From the NCBI GenBank assembly GCA_965203295.1, contig CBDBCZ010000018.1, positions 2,112,001-2,176,000 on the forward strand: 64,000 bases of DNA, given 5' to 3'. This document shows, piece after piece, positions 25,513-37,125 of the stretch. The notes under the pieces are model-generated. The model made no database searches and was not told where the DNA came from. It saw only the letters and a program-made list of their open reading frames with translations. This stretch comes from Nitrospirales bacterium. Its GTDB lineage: Bacteria > Nitrospirota > Nitrospiria > Nitrospirales > UBA8639. Numbering within the stretch: the first letter of the stretch is position 1; each line of letters starts with the position of its first letter. The translations under genes and the position numbers were made by a program.

Positions 25513-27693
25513 TTAAAACTAATCAAGCCTTTGAATAACAGCTTCATTTTCTAAACAGTTGGGAATGGTCAGATCAATGGTAGCTAGTTACTTCGGCTTA
25601 AAGTCATTGCTAGAGACCAACAAAACTAACAATTTTCAATAAAATCCTTCTTTCCTAATCTTCAGACAAACATCAACCAAACTAAACAAGCCTTTGAATA
25701 ACCAGTTCCTTTCTTGAACATCGATACTTCCTAAACATGTATTGTATCTGACTAACATCATTAAAACTAATCAAGCCTTTGAATAACCAGTTCTTTTCCT
25801 AAACAGTTGGGAAGGGTCAGATCAATGGTAGCTAGTTACTTTGGCTCATAGTCTTTGCTAGAGACCAACAAAACTAACGATTTTCAATAAAATCCTTCTT
25901 TCCTAATCTTCACACTAAAATCAACCAAACTAAACAAGCCTTTGAATAACCAGTTCCTTTCTTGAACATCGATACTTTCTAAACATGTATTGTATCCGAC
26001 TAACATTATTAAAACTAATCAAGCCTTTGAATAACCAGTTCTTTTCCTAAACAGTTGGGAAGGGTCAGATCAATAATAGCTAGTTACTTTGGCTAAAAGT
26101 CTTTGCTAGAGACCAACAAAACTAACGATTTTCAATAAAATCCTTCTTTCCTAATCTTCAGACTAACATCAAACAAACTAAACAAGCCTTTGAATAAACA
26201 GTTCCTTTCTTGAACATCAATACTTCCTAAGCGTGTATTGTATCTGACCAAACTAAACAAGCCTTTGAATAACCAGTTCTATTCCAAAACAGTTGGGAAG
26301 GGTCAGATCAATGGTAGCCAGTTACTTTGGCTGAAAGTCTTTGCCTGAGACCAACAAAACTAACAATTTTCAATAAAATCCTTCTTTCCTAATCTTCAGG
26401 CTAACATCAACAAAACTAAACAGGCCTTTGAATAACCAGTTCTTTTTCTAAACAGTTGGGAAGGGTCAGATAAATGGTAGCAAGTTACTTTGGCTTAAAG
26501 TCTTTGCTAGAGACCAACAAAACTAACAATTTTTAATAAAATCCTTCTTTCCTAATCTTCAGAATAACATCAACCAAATTAAACAAGCCATTGAATAACC
26601 AGTTCCTTTCTTGAACATTGATACTTCCTAAGCATGTATTGTATCTGACTAATATCATTCAAACTAAACAAGCCTTTGAATAACCTGTACTTTTTCTAAA
26701 TAGTTCGGAAAGATCAGATCAATGGTAGCTAGTAACTTTGGCTTAATTAAAGTCATTGCAAGAGACCAACATAACTATAAATTTTCAATAAAATCCTTCT
26801 TTCCTAATCTTCAGGCTAACATCAACAAAACTAAACAGGCCTTTGAATAACCAGTTCTTTTTCTAAACAGTTGGGAAGGGTCAGATAAATGGTAGCAAGT
26901 TACTTTGGCTTAAAGTCTTTGCTAGAGACCAACAAAACTAACAATTTTTAATAAAATCCTTCTTTCCTAATCTTCAGAATAACATCAACCAAATTAAACA
27001 AGCCATTGAATAACCAGTTCCTTTCTTGAACATTGATACTTCCTAAGCATGTATTGTATCTGACTAATATCATTCAAACTAAACAAGCCTTTGAATAACC
27101 TGCACTTTTTCTAAATAGTTCGGAAAGATCAGATCAATGGTAGCTAGTAACTTTGGCTTAATTAAAGTCATTGCAAGAGACCAACAAAACTATAAATTTT
27201 CAATAAAATCCTTCTTTCCTAATCTTCAGGCTAACATCAACAAAACTAAACAGGCCTTTGAATAACCAGTTCTTTTTCTAAACAGTTGGGAAGGGTCAGA
27301 TAAATGGTAGCTAGTTACTTTGGCTTAAAGTCTTTGCTAGAGACAAACAAAACTAACAATTTTCAATAAAATCCTTCTTTCCTAATCTACAGACTAACAT
27401 CATTCAAACTAAACAAGCTTTGAATAACCAGTTCTTTTCCTAAACAGTTAGGAAGGGTCAGTTCAATGGTAGCTAGTTACTTTTGCTGAAAGTCTTTGCC
27501 TGAGACCAACAAAACTAACAATTTTCAATAAAATCCTTCTTTCCTAATCTTCAGACTAACATCAACCAAACTAAACAAGCCTTTAAATAACCAGTTCCTT
27601 TCTTGAACATCGACACTTTTTAACAATGTATTGTATCCGACTAACATCAATAAAACTAATCAAGCCTTTGAATAACCAGTTCTTTTCCTAAAC
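25513..27693 (+). repeat. Satellite DNA array, middle segment
   Basis: Same monomers. It resumes in register after the piggyBac-like insertion (TTAA|AACTAATCAAGCC) and ends abruptly at ...TTTTCCTAAAC. Confidence 0.98.
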
Positions 27694-28007
27694 TTTTACC
27701 CTCTGTACATTATTGTATCACGACCATTATTGACAATTCAATGCCCAAATTACAGTAACTTGCAACCCTTTTATCTCCCCACTTCCATGTACATGTACCT
27801 GAACAATTAACCTCTCTAGAAAAAATCATAACAGCACTCTTTTTAAATGTTAGACTTCAACCTTAGTTTATTACAAAATTCTTATACTATGTTTGTAAGT
27901 CCTCAGCAGTAGTAATTACATTAGACCCCCACTCTTATTAACATCCTACTTAAAGGTTATTCTAATCCCAGCTTTATCCAATTGATAGATAAATACAAGT
28001 CTATCCA

Positions 28008-28306
28008 TACAGTTCTATATAAACACGTGTTTAGAACCCACATACATGCAAGCCCTCGGTGGCAATCGAGTGTTTGACTCTATTAAAAATGGTGGGCCTT
28101 ACCCTGTTAAATAAGAAAGAGTGGAGAGTAGAAACCGCTTTTGGTATAACTATCAGGTATCCAAATTTAAAGGTCGGATTTAGCGATTGTTAAACCCTGT
28201 AAATCTCTAGATTGCAATTTATTTCATTGTACAGACAGACGACAGACAGACAGACAGACAGACAGAACCAATTGCTTAACCTTGCCGCATATGCATGGGG
28301 TAAAAA
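28008..28306 (-). mobile_element. HINE/DINE-1-like non-autonomous Helentron derivative
   Basis: The minus strand begins TTTTTACCCC-ATGCATATGCGGC-AAGGTTAA, then a (CTGT)n microsatellite (28231-28266). A terminal hairpin GTTCTA-TATAAACACGTGTT-TAGAAC lies near 28012-28038. This matches the subTIR/microsatellite/3' hairpin HINE layout. The left boundary is approximate. Confidence 0.5.
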
Positions 28307-28439
28307 TGGAAAATAGAATAGGTGACATACTACGTACAACCCTGTTCCACCCCTGGCCTATATCTGATTTTTCTCCATCCAAGGCCAGAAATGTGGTTTA
28401 TGGTTTATGTTATGGTTAGGAGTAGGTGGGCCTTACCCT

Positions 28440-28707
28440 GAGCATGCAAACTTAAGGTTCTGCGATGTGCTAGTGAATATGTATGGTCATAGGAGGGCAT
28501 CTACATAATTACAAAGAGAAACTGAGCTAAACAAGTCAGCTGCCACATGAATACAGCTACATGCTAAGAGCAGAACAAACAAGAGCATATACGTACAAAG
28601 AAAGTGACAAGAAATGTCTAGTTCGCAGTTTTTGGATCAAACAGACGACTGGTCAAACGTACACTTTAATAACTTCCACACGATAGATCTATGTGTGCAT
28701 TTTAATA
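28440..28707 (+). repeat. Dispersed ~270-bp direct repeat A, copy 1
   Basis: GAGCAT(G/T)CAAACTTAAGGTTCTG...ATGTGTGCATTTTAATA, repeated with moderate divergence at 31987-32260. Confidence 0.9.
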
Positions 28708-29181
28708 GATCAATAATTATATCATGCCAAGTTCATGGAAACTGGAGGGGCATCTTAACCCTAGAACAGTAGCTACACAATCATGCCACTCACATGCCAG
28801 TTTGATGTAGTTTCCTGACTGCAACAGACTGCATTTATGTCAGTACAGAAATTTGAAATAGCACTGACCTGCGTGGTAGAGGTTTGCAAAGCTCAAAGCT
28901 TTATTGTTTAACAGCTTGTAATGGGCAAAGGAGTGTTTCCTATATGAAAGGCCTTGCAATTGAAAACATACAGCTGTAGAATATTCATAGCGTCTGGTTC
29001 ACTAAAGTAGTTTCACAAGCCAGCCCACTTACATTCTACAGCATCCATCACTTACAGTATTGGCATGTGGAAGAGACATGTGCTGATAGCCTGATGCTGA
29101 CACTCTTCCACATGCCATGCTGATACTGAAAGTAATGGGTTTGATTCTGTGACTACCACTGAAGTTACCAGGTGCCCTTAA

Positions 29182-30155
<974 letters not shown>

Positions 30156-31210
30156 TTAACAGAGACAAGAAAAGTACAAGTGTAGGCCAGTACAAGTTGT
30201 CACCCCACCCCACCCATGCCCCACAGCCCATGCACAGGTGACACTCAATCTACTTCCACAACAAATGTACACTTGTTTACACAACTGTGTGAACAAACAA
30301 ATATAACTAGGAGGTAAGATGCAAAAAGCCTTGTGTCAAAGTACCATTTGGTAAGTGTCCTACAAATACCTGTCCAATCCTACTAATGCATTTCTTCTGA
30401 TTTGAAAGTATGTCCACGTATGTAATAGGGCCAATGCTCTGTAAGTATACAAACATACTATCATAAGTAAAGTACAAAGAACTGAAACACTGACAGCTAT
30501 TTGGGCTTTGTGAGTGCGGTGATGGTGTGTGTAGCACCTAGAGCTGACCAGCAGCTACATACAGCTCTTAATTTGACTCACACCAGGAAAGCCTCCATGA
30601 ATTAAAAGTGAACAAAGGCTCTACTGTAGTTTAGCTTTTCTCTGGTCTTTTAATCCTTCAATTACAATAGAAAACTACTGATAAACATGATTTGCTAAAT
30701 CAACCCAAAAGTTAGCAACACCCAACTGCCAGACACTGAAGCCAGACACACTAATTTTCTCCAGCCCAGTTGCTAGGGTAGGCTAAGGTTCCCCAGTGGT
30801 TATTGATAATGACAAGATCATCATTGCACTACATGTCCAACTACCTCTGTGATTGCACATCAACATGACTGTTTTCCAAGAGTGCATTTATATATATATA
30901 AACTATTAAATGCACTCATGCTGTTGACAGATATTGGTATTGTCATTACCAAGGATCAGCAGCTGTTTGATAGAGCTTCCTTCAGACCCAGTTACCCACT
31001 TATTGGTTCAATAAAGTGACACCTGTTAATTCCAAGTTTCAGCTAACTGTGAGTTATGATCCAGCATTGTTCTCAGCTGCTGGTCGACACTAGCTACCAG
31101 GAATCCAATACCTGATTCTGTGAAAGTGTTTAGCCAACTACGTACATTGTATACTATTGCACCTACGAACAAACTGGTGTGCTTTATTTTTACATTTCAA
31201 ATGGACTTAT

Positions 31211-31341
31211 TCTTCCTCTTTATTTGCAAGCTTGTTGAGATTAACAGCTTCAAAGCCCGCAGCAGGGTCAAACTTTACAACTTCTGAGTACATTGGATCT
31301 GTAGTGGTGTTCTGGATCTGAACTTCAAGAAGAATATCATC
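31211..31341 (-). pseudogene. TRAPPC13: Isolated TRAPPC13 (TRAPP complex subunit 13) exon fragment
   Basis: CAG acceptor, then DDILLEVQIQNTTTDPMYSEVVKFDPAAGFEAVNLNKLANKEE, which matches recalled TRAPPC13 [36 protein letters not shown]. The donor reads ATAAGT instead of GTAAGT, giving an in-frame TAA. Neighbouring exons were not found. Confidence 0.8.
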
Positions 31342-31469
31342 CTGCGTGGTTTATTATGCAGTTCATCATTCACAAGCCATCAACTACGTACTATTACGTT
31401 GATGTTCTCACCCACCCATTCCACACCAATGCACAACTCCCTGGGTCAAGCTGGGATATTGGGGGTATC

Positions 31470-31614
31470 GTCAAATATGCTGGGAAGGAGTCAATAGTTC
31501 CACCTGTACAATGTGAAACACAGCTACTGTACACACTGCCTAGTCAAATATGCTGGGAAGGAGTTAATAGTTCCACCTGTACAATGTGAAGACACAGCTA
31601 CTGTACACACTGCC
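31470..31614 (+). repeat. Two-copy 73-bp tandem duplication
   Basis: GTCAAATATGCTGGGAAGGAGT...GTACACACTGCC at 31470-31540 and 31543-31614. Confidence 0.92.
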
Positions 31615-31986
31615 AAGTTCAAGATAAGTGCTGCAGTTAGCAGTAACAATAGCAGCAATTAGCGATAGACATTTGTGACTTTCCTGATAAGGAATATAAA
31701 CGGAGCTGATCTGCTTGGCTGAGTCAGCATCTCCTATGCCTATGCATTACATGCATAACTTGTCCTAATATCGCTAGGGTCAAAATAGCTGGGTCCTCAG
31801 CATCACCTTTCTATAAAAGCTAATAATCAACCCTTGTCTCTGATGTTTGGAAATACTCTCCCTTATCCAAACTACCTCATATAAGACTATCAACAGATTA
31901 GCCATTCTTTTCTCCCCGTACTTTAAAAAACTCCCCAACTAGTCCATCATTACCTCCCGTTTTATTACTTTTAAGAACACCTTTTG

Positions 31987-32260
31987 AGCATTCAAACTTA
32001 AGGTTCTGTGATGCGCTAGTGAATATGTATGGTCATAAGAGGGTATGTACATACATTTACAAAGAGAAACTGAGCTAAACAAGTCAGTTGCCACATGATT
32101 ACAGCTACATGCTAAGAGCGGAACAAACAAGAGCATATACCGTACAAAGAAAGTGACAAGGGTATAGAGAAATGTCTAGTTCGCAGTTTTTGAATCAAAC
32201 AGACGACTGGTCAAACGCAAAATTTAATAACTTCCACACGATGTATGTGTGCATTTTAAT
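31987..32260 (+). repeat. Dispersed ~270-bp direct repeat A, copy 2
   Basis: Collinear with 28440-28707, with small indels. Confidence 0.9.
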
Positions 32261-32341
32261 ACATGAGTATGTTGTTTAGTAATTATAAACCAACAAGTCA
32301 CCCATAGAGGTGGTCTTTCAAGAGTTCCAGTGTTACTCTAA

Positions 32342-32562
32342 GCTTTTGTTGGGCTACATTGGGATACACACAAGCTGCAAAGCAACAGACCTACATTTGC
32401 ATAGTTTTAGTCACTTGGAAGGCACCACCACAGTGTACAAACCCCATCTACTTTGGCAGTGCCTTTCAAGCCGGGGTATACACATCCATATACCCTAGGG
32501 TACATGAGGGTTGCTGGGCAACTGTGATAGTCTGTTCTACAAACTGTGAAACAATTAGCTGG
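32342..32562 (+). repeat. Dispersed ~220-bp direct repeat B, copy 1
   Basis: AGCTTTTGTTGGGCTACAT...AAACTGTGAAACAATTAGC, repeated at 37722-37937. Confidence 0.88.
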
Positions 32563-32589
32563 CAAACCAGTTCATATGGGAAAATTAAG

Positions 32590-32950
32590 CTGTAGACTAC
32601 TTCTTATTACATTCAGTAGAGTTATTCTAAGGTAGCTGCATGTTCAAAATGTAATAAATTGTTCCCCTTTTTTGCAAAAACTACAAAAGTGACCCATAGC
32701 ACTACACAAGTCCACGTACAAAGCACCAAGCCAGAGCAACTATATAATGCAGAAATCACCCAAACACCAGCTCATGTGGGAAATACAAACTGTAGAATAC
32801 TTCCTATTACATAGAGTAGAGTCAATCCAAGGTAATTGCACGTTAGTAATTAAACAAAGTGTTTCCTTTTCCGCAAAAGCTACAGAAGTGACTCATAGTA
32901 CTACACATGTTTCCATAGTAAGCACCAAACTAGAGCAAGCATATAATGCA
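32590..32950 (+). repeat. Old two-copy tandem duplication, ~200-bp period
   Basis: CTGTAGA..TACTTC.TATTACAT...AGCACCAA..AGAGCAA..ATATAATGCA at ~32590-32751 and ~32790-32950. Confidence 0.75.
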
Positions 32951-33218
32951 ATCTCTGGTTTTGGTAGTTACATGCACTTGCTAGTTAATAGAAATATTAT
33001 ATATTATATCTATTGTTATTCGGAGCAACTGGAATCAAGATAGCCAGGATCATAAGGCAACGTTACATGTATTTTATTACGATGTATATTCTGACTTGTA
33101 GTACTATAATTACACGCATTCCTGCAATTTTTCTTTACGATTAATTACTAAACTTATGCAAGACAATTATGAGGAATCTGACAAACGTTTTGCAAGGTTC
33201 TTACACCAGATCTTGCAG

Positions 33219-33239
33219 TAGTCTCGATACGCGAGGCTA
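33219..33239. mobile_element. 21-bp TAG..CTA mini-element with 9-bp TSD
   Basis: TAGTCTCGATACGCGAGGCTA is flanked by ATCTTGCAG at 33210-33218 and 33240-33248. Confidence 0.7.
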
Positions 33240-33499
33240 ATCTTGCAGGACTTCCCTATGAGCCTAGCAAGAATTCACACAAGATTTTAATGCCTACCAT
33301 CTTGCAAGATTTTTGTTGCAAGATGAGAAATCTTGCTAGGGTAGAATGCCTACTGTCATAGTTCTCATGCAGCTACAACATATAGCTCACCAGGCCTGGC
33401 AGAATTTTTCCAGCACTGTCTCTGGCATTCGACATAGCCAAATTATGGGCGCACTCCCCCTTTTCAGACATCGCAACTGTGGTTGAAAGGTAGATATAA

Positions 33500-33710
33500 G
33501 CGCAGTCTGGCGTAGCTAGCTCTTCGCGAGCTCCATGTAGTTCCTAGTTCTCGCAGCAGCGCTCAGCGTTACGCGCCGCGCACGAAGTCACATGTGGCGC
33601 ATATGCGCTTGTAGTTAATCCCAGCATAGCTACAATAACCAATGGTTATGCATGGTTATTGCATTTATGATCTCAGCCCCGCCCACTAAGCGCATATAGA
33701 ATCTGGCGCC
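33500..33710. promoter_or_regulatory. CpG-rich promoter-like patch
   Basis: Local CpG enrichment, the palindrome GCGCATATGCGC (33597-33608), CCAAT (33639) and a GC box GCCCCGCCC (33676-33684). It lies just upstream on the minus strand of a candidate first exon ATG...CTG|GTGAGC (33435-33391; MSNARDSAGKILPGL). Confidence 0.35.
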
Positions 33711-33827
33711 GGTGTAAGCGCGATTTGGGGACCCCCGCGATATGGGGACCCCGTCCCAAAAACGCTAGCGATGTGAGGACCCCCACGGGCCCTATTTCGC
33801 TAGCGGTACGGGGATCCCGTACCGCTA
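33710..33827. mobile_element. Probable DNA-transposon end with GGGGACCCC subterminal repeats
   Basis: CCGGTGT start, then three G(G/A)GGACCCC units and repeated CGCTAGCG. It ends in the hairpin TAGCGGTACGGG-GAT-CCCGTACCGCTA-like stem. No partner end is seen. Confidence 0.4.
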
Positions 33828-33993
33828 TGTATGTACAATTCTCATTCTGTTATCAGCATCTCAGCTAGAGTTGCCAAACTACAGATCACCTGCTTAAAGG
33901 TTAGTAAAGTAATTGCTCAGGTTCTCTTTTTGGCACTTGGTTGTGAAGTTGTTAAGATTAGCAAAGGCATGTCACTGATACCTGTCTTCCTCA

Positions 33994-34032
33994 TAGTCTC
34001 GCGAGCCAGCGAGGGGCTGGCTCACGAGACTA
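33994..34032. mobile_element. 39-bp TAG..CTA palindromic mini-element
   Basis: TAGTCTCGCGAGCCAGC-GAGGG-GCTGGCTCACGAGACTA. Flanks TCTTCCTCA / TCTTCCTAT (7/9). Confidence 0.75.
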
Positions 34033-34302
34033 TCTTCCTATACTAGTACTAATACTATGAACCAGATTCCTTAACCAGCATTAGATAGCAGTTATTGTTA
34101 TGTTGATAGAAGGGCTTCCAAAGATCTAGGTTCTATGCTCTAAGGGAAAATTATTTACAAGCATAGACAGTAGAGTACTATAACCCATCATAACCAAGCA
34201 GTCTAAACGATAAGCCAGGTAGCATTTATATATTGATCGGAGTTCTCTTTCCACCAACCATGAATTTGGCGTCTCAAAACTTTCATTGTCAAAGGAATGC
34301 TG

Positions 34303-34337
34303 GCTTTTTAACTGCTGTGCTGCTGTCTTCATCAGGG
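34303..34337 (-). ncRNA. Degenerate minimal hammerhead ribozyme of Penelope type
   Basis: CC-CTGATGA-A-GACAGC-AGCACA-GCAGTT-AAAAAGC has the CUGAUGA core and an imperfect stem II, but the GAAA box reads AAAA. It lies ~200 bp from the PLE RT remnant on the same strand. Confidence 0.45.
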
Positions 34338-34433
34338 CAGACATCAATACAGTAGCTACAGGCCAAACCAAAAGCAAAGAATTCAAAGTCTTCGGGATTA
34401 GTCTAGCCTACTCAGCTCCTAGAAGGGAAGCCC

Positions 34434-34497
34434 TAGCCTCATACCTAGGCCTTCCCTGCACTCGCGAAAGTGCGGGGAAGGCCTGGGTACAAGGCTA
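34434..34497. mobile_element. 64-bp TAG..CTA palindromic mini-element
   Basis: TAGCCTCATACCTAGGCCTTCCCTGCACT...AGTGCGGGGAAGGCCTGGGTACAAGGCTA hairpin. Flanks GGGAAGCCC / GTTATGCCC (6/9). Confidence 0.7.
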
Positions 34498-34526
34498 GTT
34501 ATGCCCAGTATTCTTATTTATTCTCA

Positions 34527-34720
34527 AATAGATTTGGTATTCAGAAACAGGAGTACCTTTTCCTTCTCTTCAACTGTGAACTGGATGGTGGGATGTATAC
34601 CATTGAGTAGTCTCGGTACCAGCCCACCTATCAAGTCGGAGATCGCTTACAGTATCCCGCCACTAAGCGATCTCCGACTTGATAGGTGGGCTGGTACCGA
34701 GACTAACCATTGAGATGGTA
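34527..34720 (-). pseudogene. Penelope-like retroelement reverse transcriptase remnant, interrupted by the 98-bp MITE
   Basis: After removing the MITE and one TSD copy, the frame reads YHLNGIHPTIQFTVEEKEKVLLFLNT. This matches the PLE RT motif HLNSIHPxIQFTxExE...LPFLD. Confidence 0.75.
34608..34705. mobile_element. 98-bp TAG..CTA MITE with perfect 42-bp TIRs and perfect 9-bp TSD (AcademH-like or MULE-like)
   Basis: 42-bp perfect inverted arms and a 14-nt loop. ACCATTGAG is duplicated at 34599-34607 and 34706-34714. Confidence 0.92.
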
Positions 34721-36053
34721 GTAAATGTTTTGTAGCATTATAGCACACTGAATAATAAAAGTTTGAAAGAAATCATTTAAAAATGAAAGAGTATGTAGGG
34801 ATGGAATCGCAAAAAAGTAACCAAACAAGGTAGCAATGACACAACAGAGCATGATTCTACACCCCCATCCCTAACCCTGCATGAATGCAATTAGTGCCTG
34901 GCATGCCCGTATTTTACTTCTGAACTCTTGTGTCCAAGTGACAGGTAACAACATACATAGAAAGCATTCACATACAGCATTCAACTACAGCAATAAAAGA
35001 ACATAGGTAAAACAATATCACTTATCAGATGATAAAGGCACATGTATCTGACATGTTCATTTCACTTCCAACCTACACAGAAATAATCAAATGTGTTACT
35101 ATATATACACAATATGTTATAGCTAAACCATCCCCTAGACACTTTTACCAGTAATCAGGAGACTGTTCCAGGTAAACCAGCAATACATGAGACACTTTTA
35201 GTAATGGTCCCAAGGCTCATGGCATGAGTTACGAGAATGTTCTAAGTTACAATGAATGTACATATTGCTACACTAGACGAAGTTAAGTGTTTCAGCAAAT
35301 TACAAATTCTGTCCATAGTGGCTATCTTGCCATAATACATGTCTGTACTATTTTCCGACCATAAGCAACACTTAATTCTACTCATGTGACCTTCAACAGA
35401 TCAGAAGTATCAAAATCGATCATATGAGTGTGCATTAAATTGCTTAATTCACACATACGTAGTAGCTAATGTAGTATGGTTTGTACACTCTCCCAGAAGC
35501 TTCTGAAATAGTTTTCCACAAAAAAAGAAACTAAATATAGCTGTCCTGGGCAAAGTCCACGACAACTATAACTTAGTACCAGCTGGGGTGCACTTCATGT
35601 TTATCTGGGTGGTAAAAACTACAAATAGTGCTCCCAGAATAGATCGGTTTAATATTATATACACAAACATAGCACAACCTACCAACTAGCATAAGTCTTT
35701 CAGACTCAAGTAGTTCCGGGGAATCTTTCAGCCTGCATGTACATGTAGATGAACGGCACTGACTTTATTTTATGCACGTCTAGCATAGCAGTTACAGCTG
35801 TGCACGGTTTACACTTACAGTATCGTGCAATCATGGTTTATTAGTGGACGTCACATCCGTTACACACGCACAGGCGCACACAGAACCAAATGTAAAGTAT
35901 AGATGCATACCTCATTCTGGAGCTACTGTGCTACACTGACCGTATTCTCTGTAGCCATCTATAGTTTGCTTCTTATATGACATAATTTAGACACACTTCC
36001 AAGTTAAAATTCCCACTATCAGATTGTGTACATGTTGTCATTAAATAAGTTAC

Positions 36054-36160
36054 CTTCGCAGAAGTGAAATGCTGTTTTCATTTACTGCTTCTCCATCAGA
36101 TAACACAGATGACGTGATTGTAATGTCAGAGGCAGAAGAATGAATGGCTGTGCACGACTC
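36054..36160 (-). other. Candidate open exon of unknown origin (107 bp)
   Basis: CTGTAG|GAG...CGAAG|GTAACT, with open frame ESCTAIHSSASDITITSSVLSDGEAVNENSISLLR. Confidence 0.35.
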
Positions 36161-36468
36161 CTACAGTGGGAATCAATAGTTGTACACTGCACTACTATGT
36201 ATTCCAGCAACCCCAGCAAGCTTCCTCTGTAATTACTACTACATGGTGATCTTTATCAAGGCAGTTACTACAAAAGCACTATTGTGTATCAACTGCCTGA
36301 TGTACAGGCACCCCAAAATCAGAGCAACAATCTAGGATAAAAAGGTGTAATTTCTTACCCTAATATGCAATGTTTGCAGGAAGAACTTAAGACTAGAAAA
36401 AACTAAGCACACGATATGTAATTCTAGATAACATGCAGATTAAGCTAAAAACATTATATTATACCTAC

Positions 36469-36500
36469 CATATGAGGTGCACTGATAGTTGCATGATAAC
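36469..36500 (-). pseudogene. PCMT1: PCMT1 (protein-L-isoaspartate O-methyltransferase) exon 3 equivalent, 32 bp
   Basis: TTTTTTTTCATTAG|GTTATCATGCAACTATCAGTGCACCTCATATG|GTAGGT encodes (G)YHATISAPHM, the conserved PIMT motif. It is in frame with the 38212-38316 exon. Confidence 0.9.
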
Positions 36501-37125
36501 CTAATGAAAAAAAACATAAGCATTATGAACAAAGCATTATTGAAGCATCATAGACTATTGTTGTTAACAAGCTGAATATTCTGATCAGGCTCTTCCCCTG
36601 TTACATGAAGGCTGGCCAGTAACAAACTGCACAGTTGCCAGGCAGTTAAGGTACCAAGAACACTCAACTCTGCAACACCGTGGTGAAATACTACCCTTTC
36701 ACTTGGCAACTCTACATTCCTGTGAACTCATTAATTCAGCGCTGTTTCATCGTTACAGTGCACCCGAGGCTACAGGAAAGCACCTGCACCTAGCTGTTAC
36801 AATGTATTCATTTATATGCACAGGTGCTTTCACCAATATTTTTCATAGGCTCCTGCTTCAAATGGGAGAATCAAAGTCGTAACTCTATCTACTGAGTTAG
36901 AGATACAATTATTTCGCTGGTATCTAGTCTTGTTGCCATGCAGTCACCGTTGTGTAGCTTTTAATACATGCATGTGTAGTGTACTTTCATCTGTTCATGC
37001 AACAAGATACATGTAGATATCTGCAGTCACATTTTATGTTAAACATCCAAGGCTTTGTTTAGCAACCGGTCACTTAATACATCTGTAGAACACATCAGCG
37101 TTGCAAGACTGTTTCATCCTATATA

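Noticed and set aside
31860..31960. Possible CR1/L2 LINE ORF2 C-terminal remnant (FSPRTLKNSP)
   Set aside because: Too short and degenerate to support without a search.
34745..34920. QTFII upstream of the PLE RT motif as the YVDDTF catalytic motif
   Set aside because: No DD is present, and the sequence appears to belong to a separate adjacent segment.
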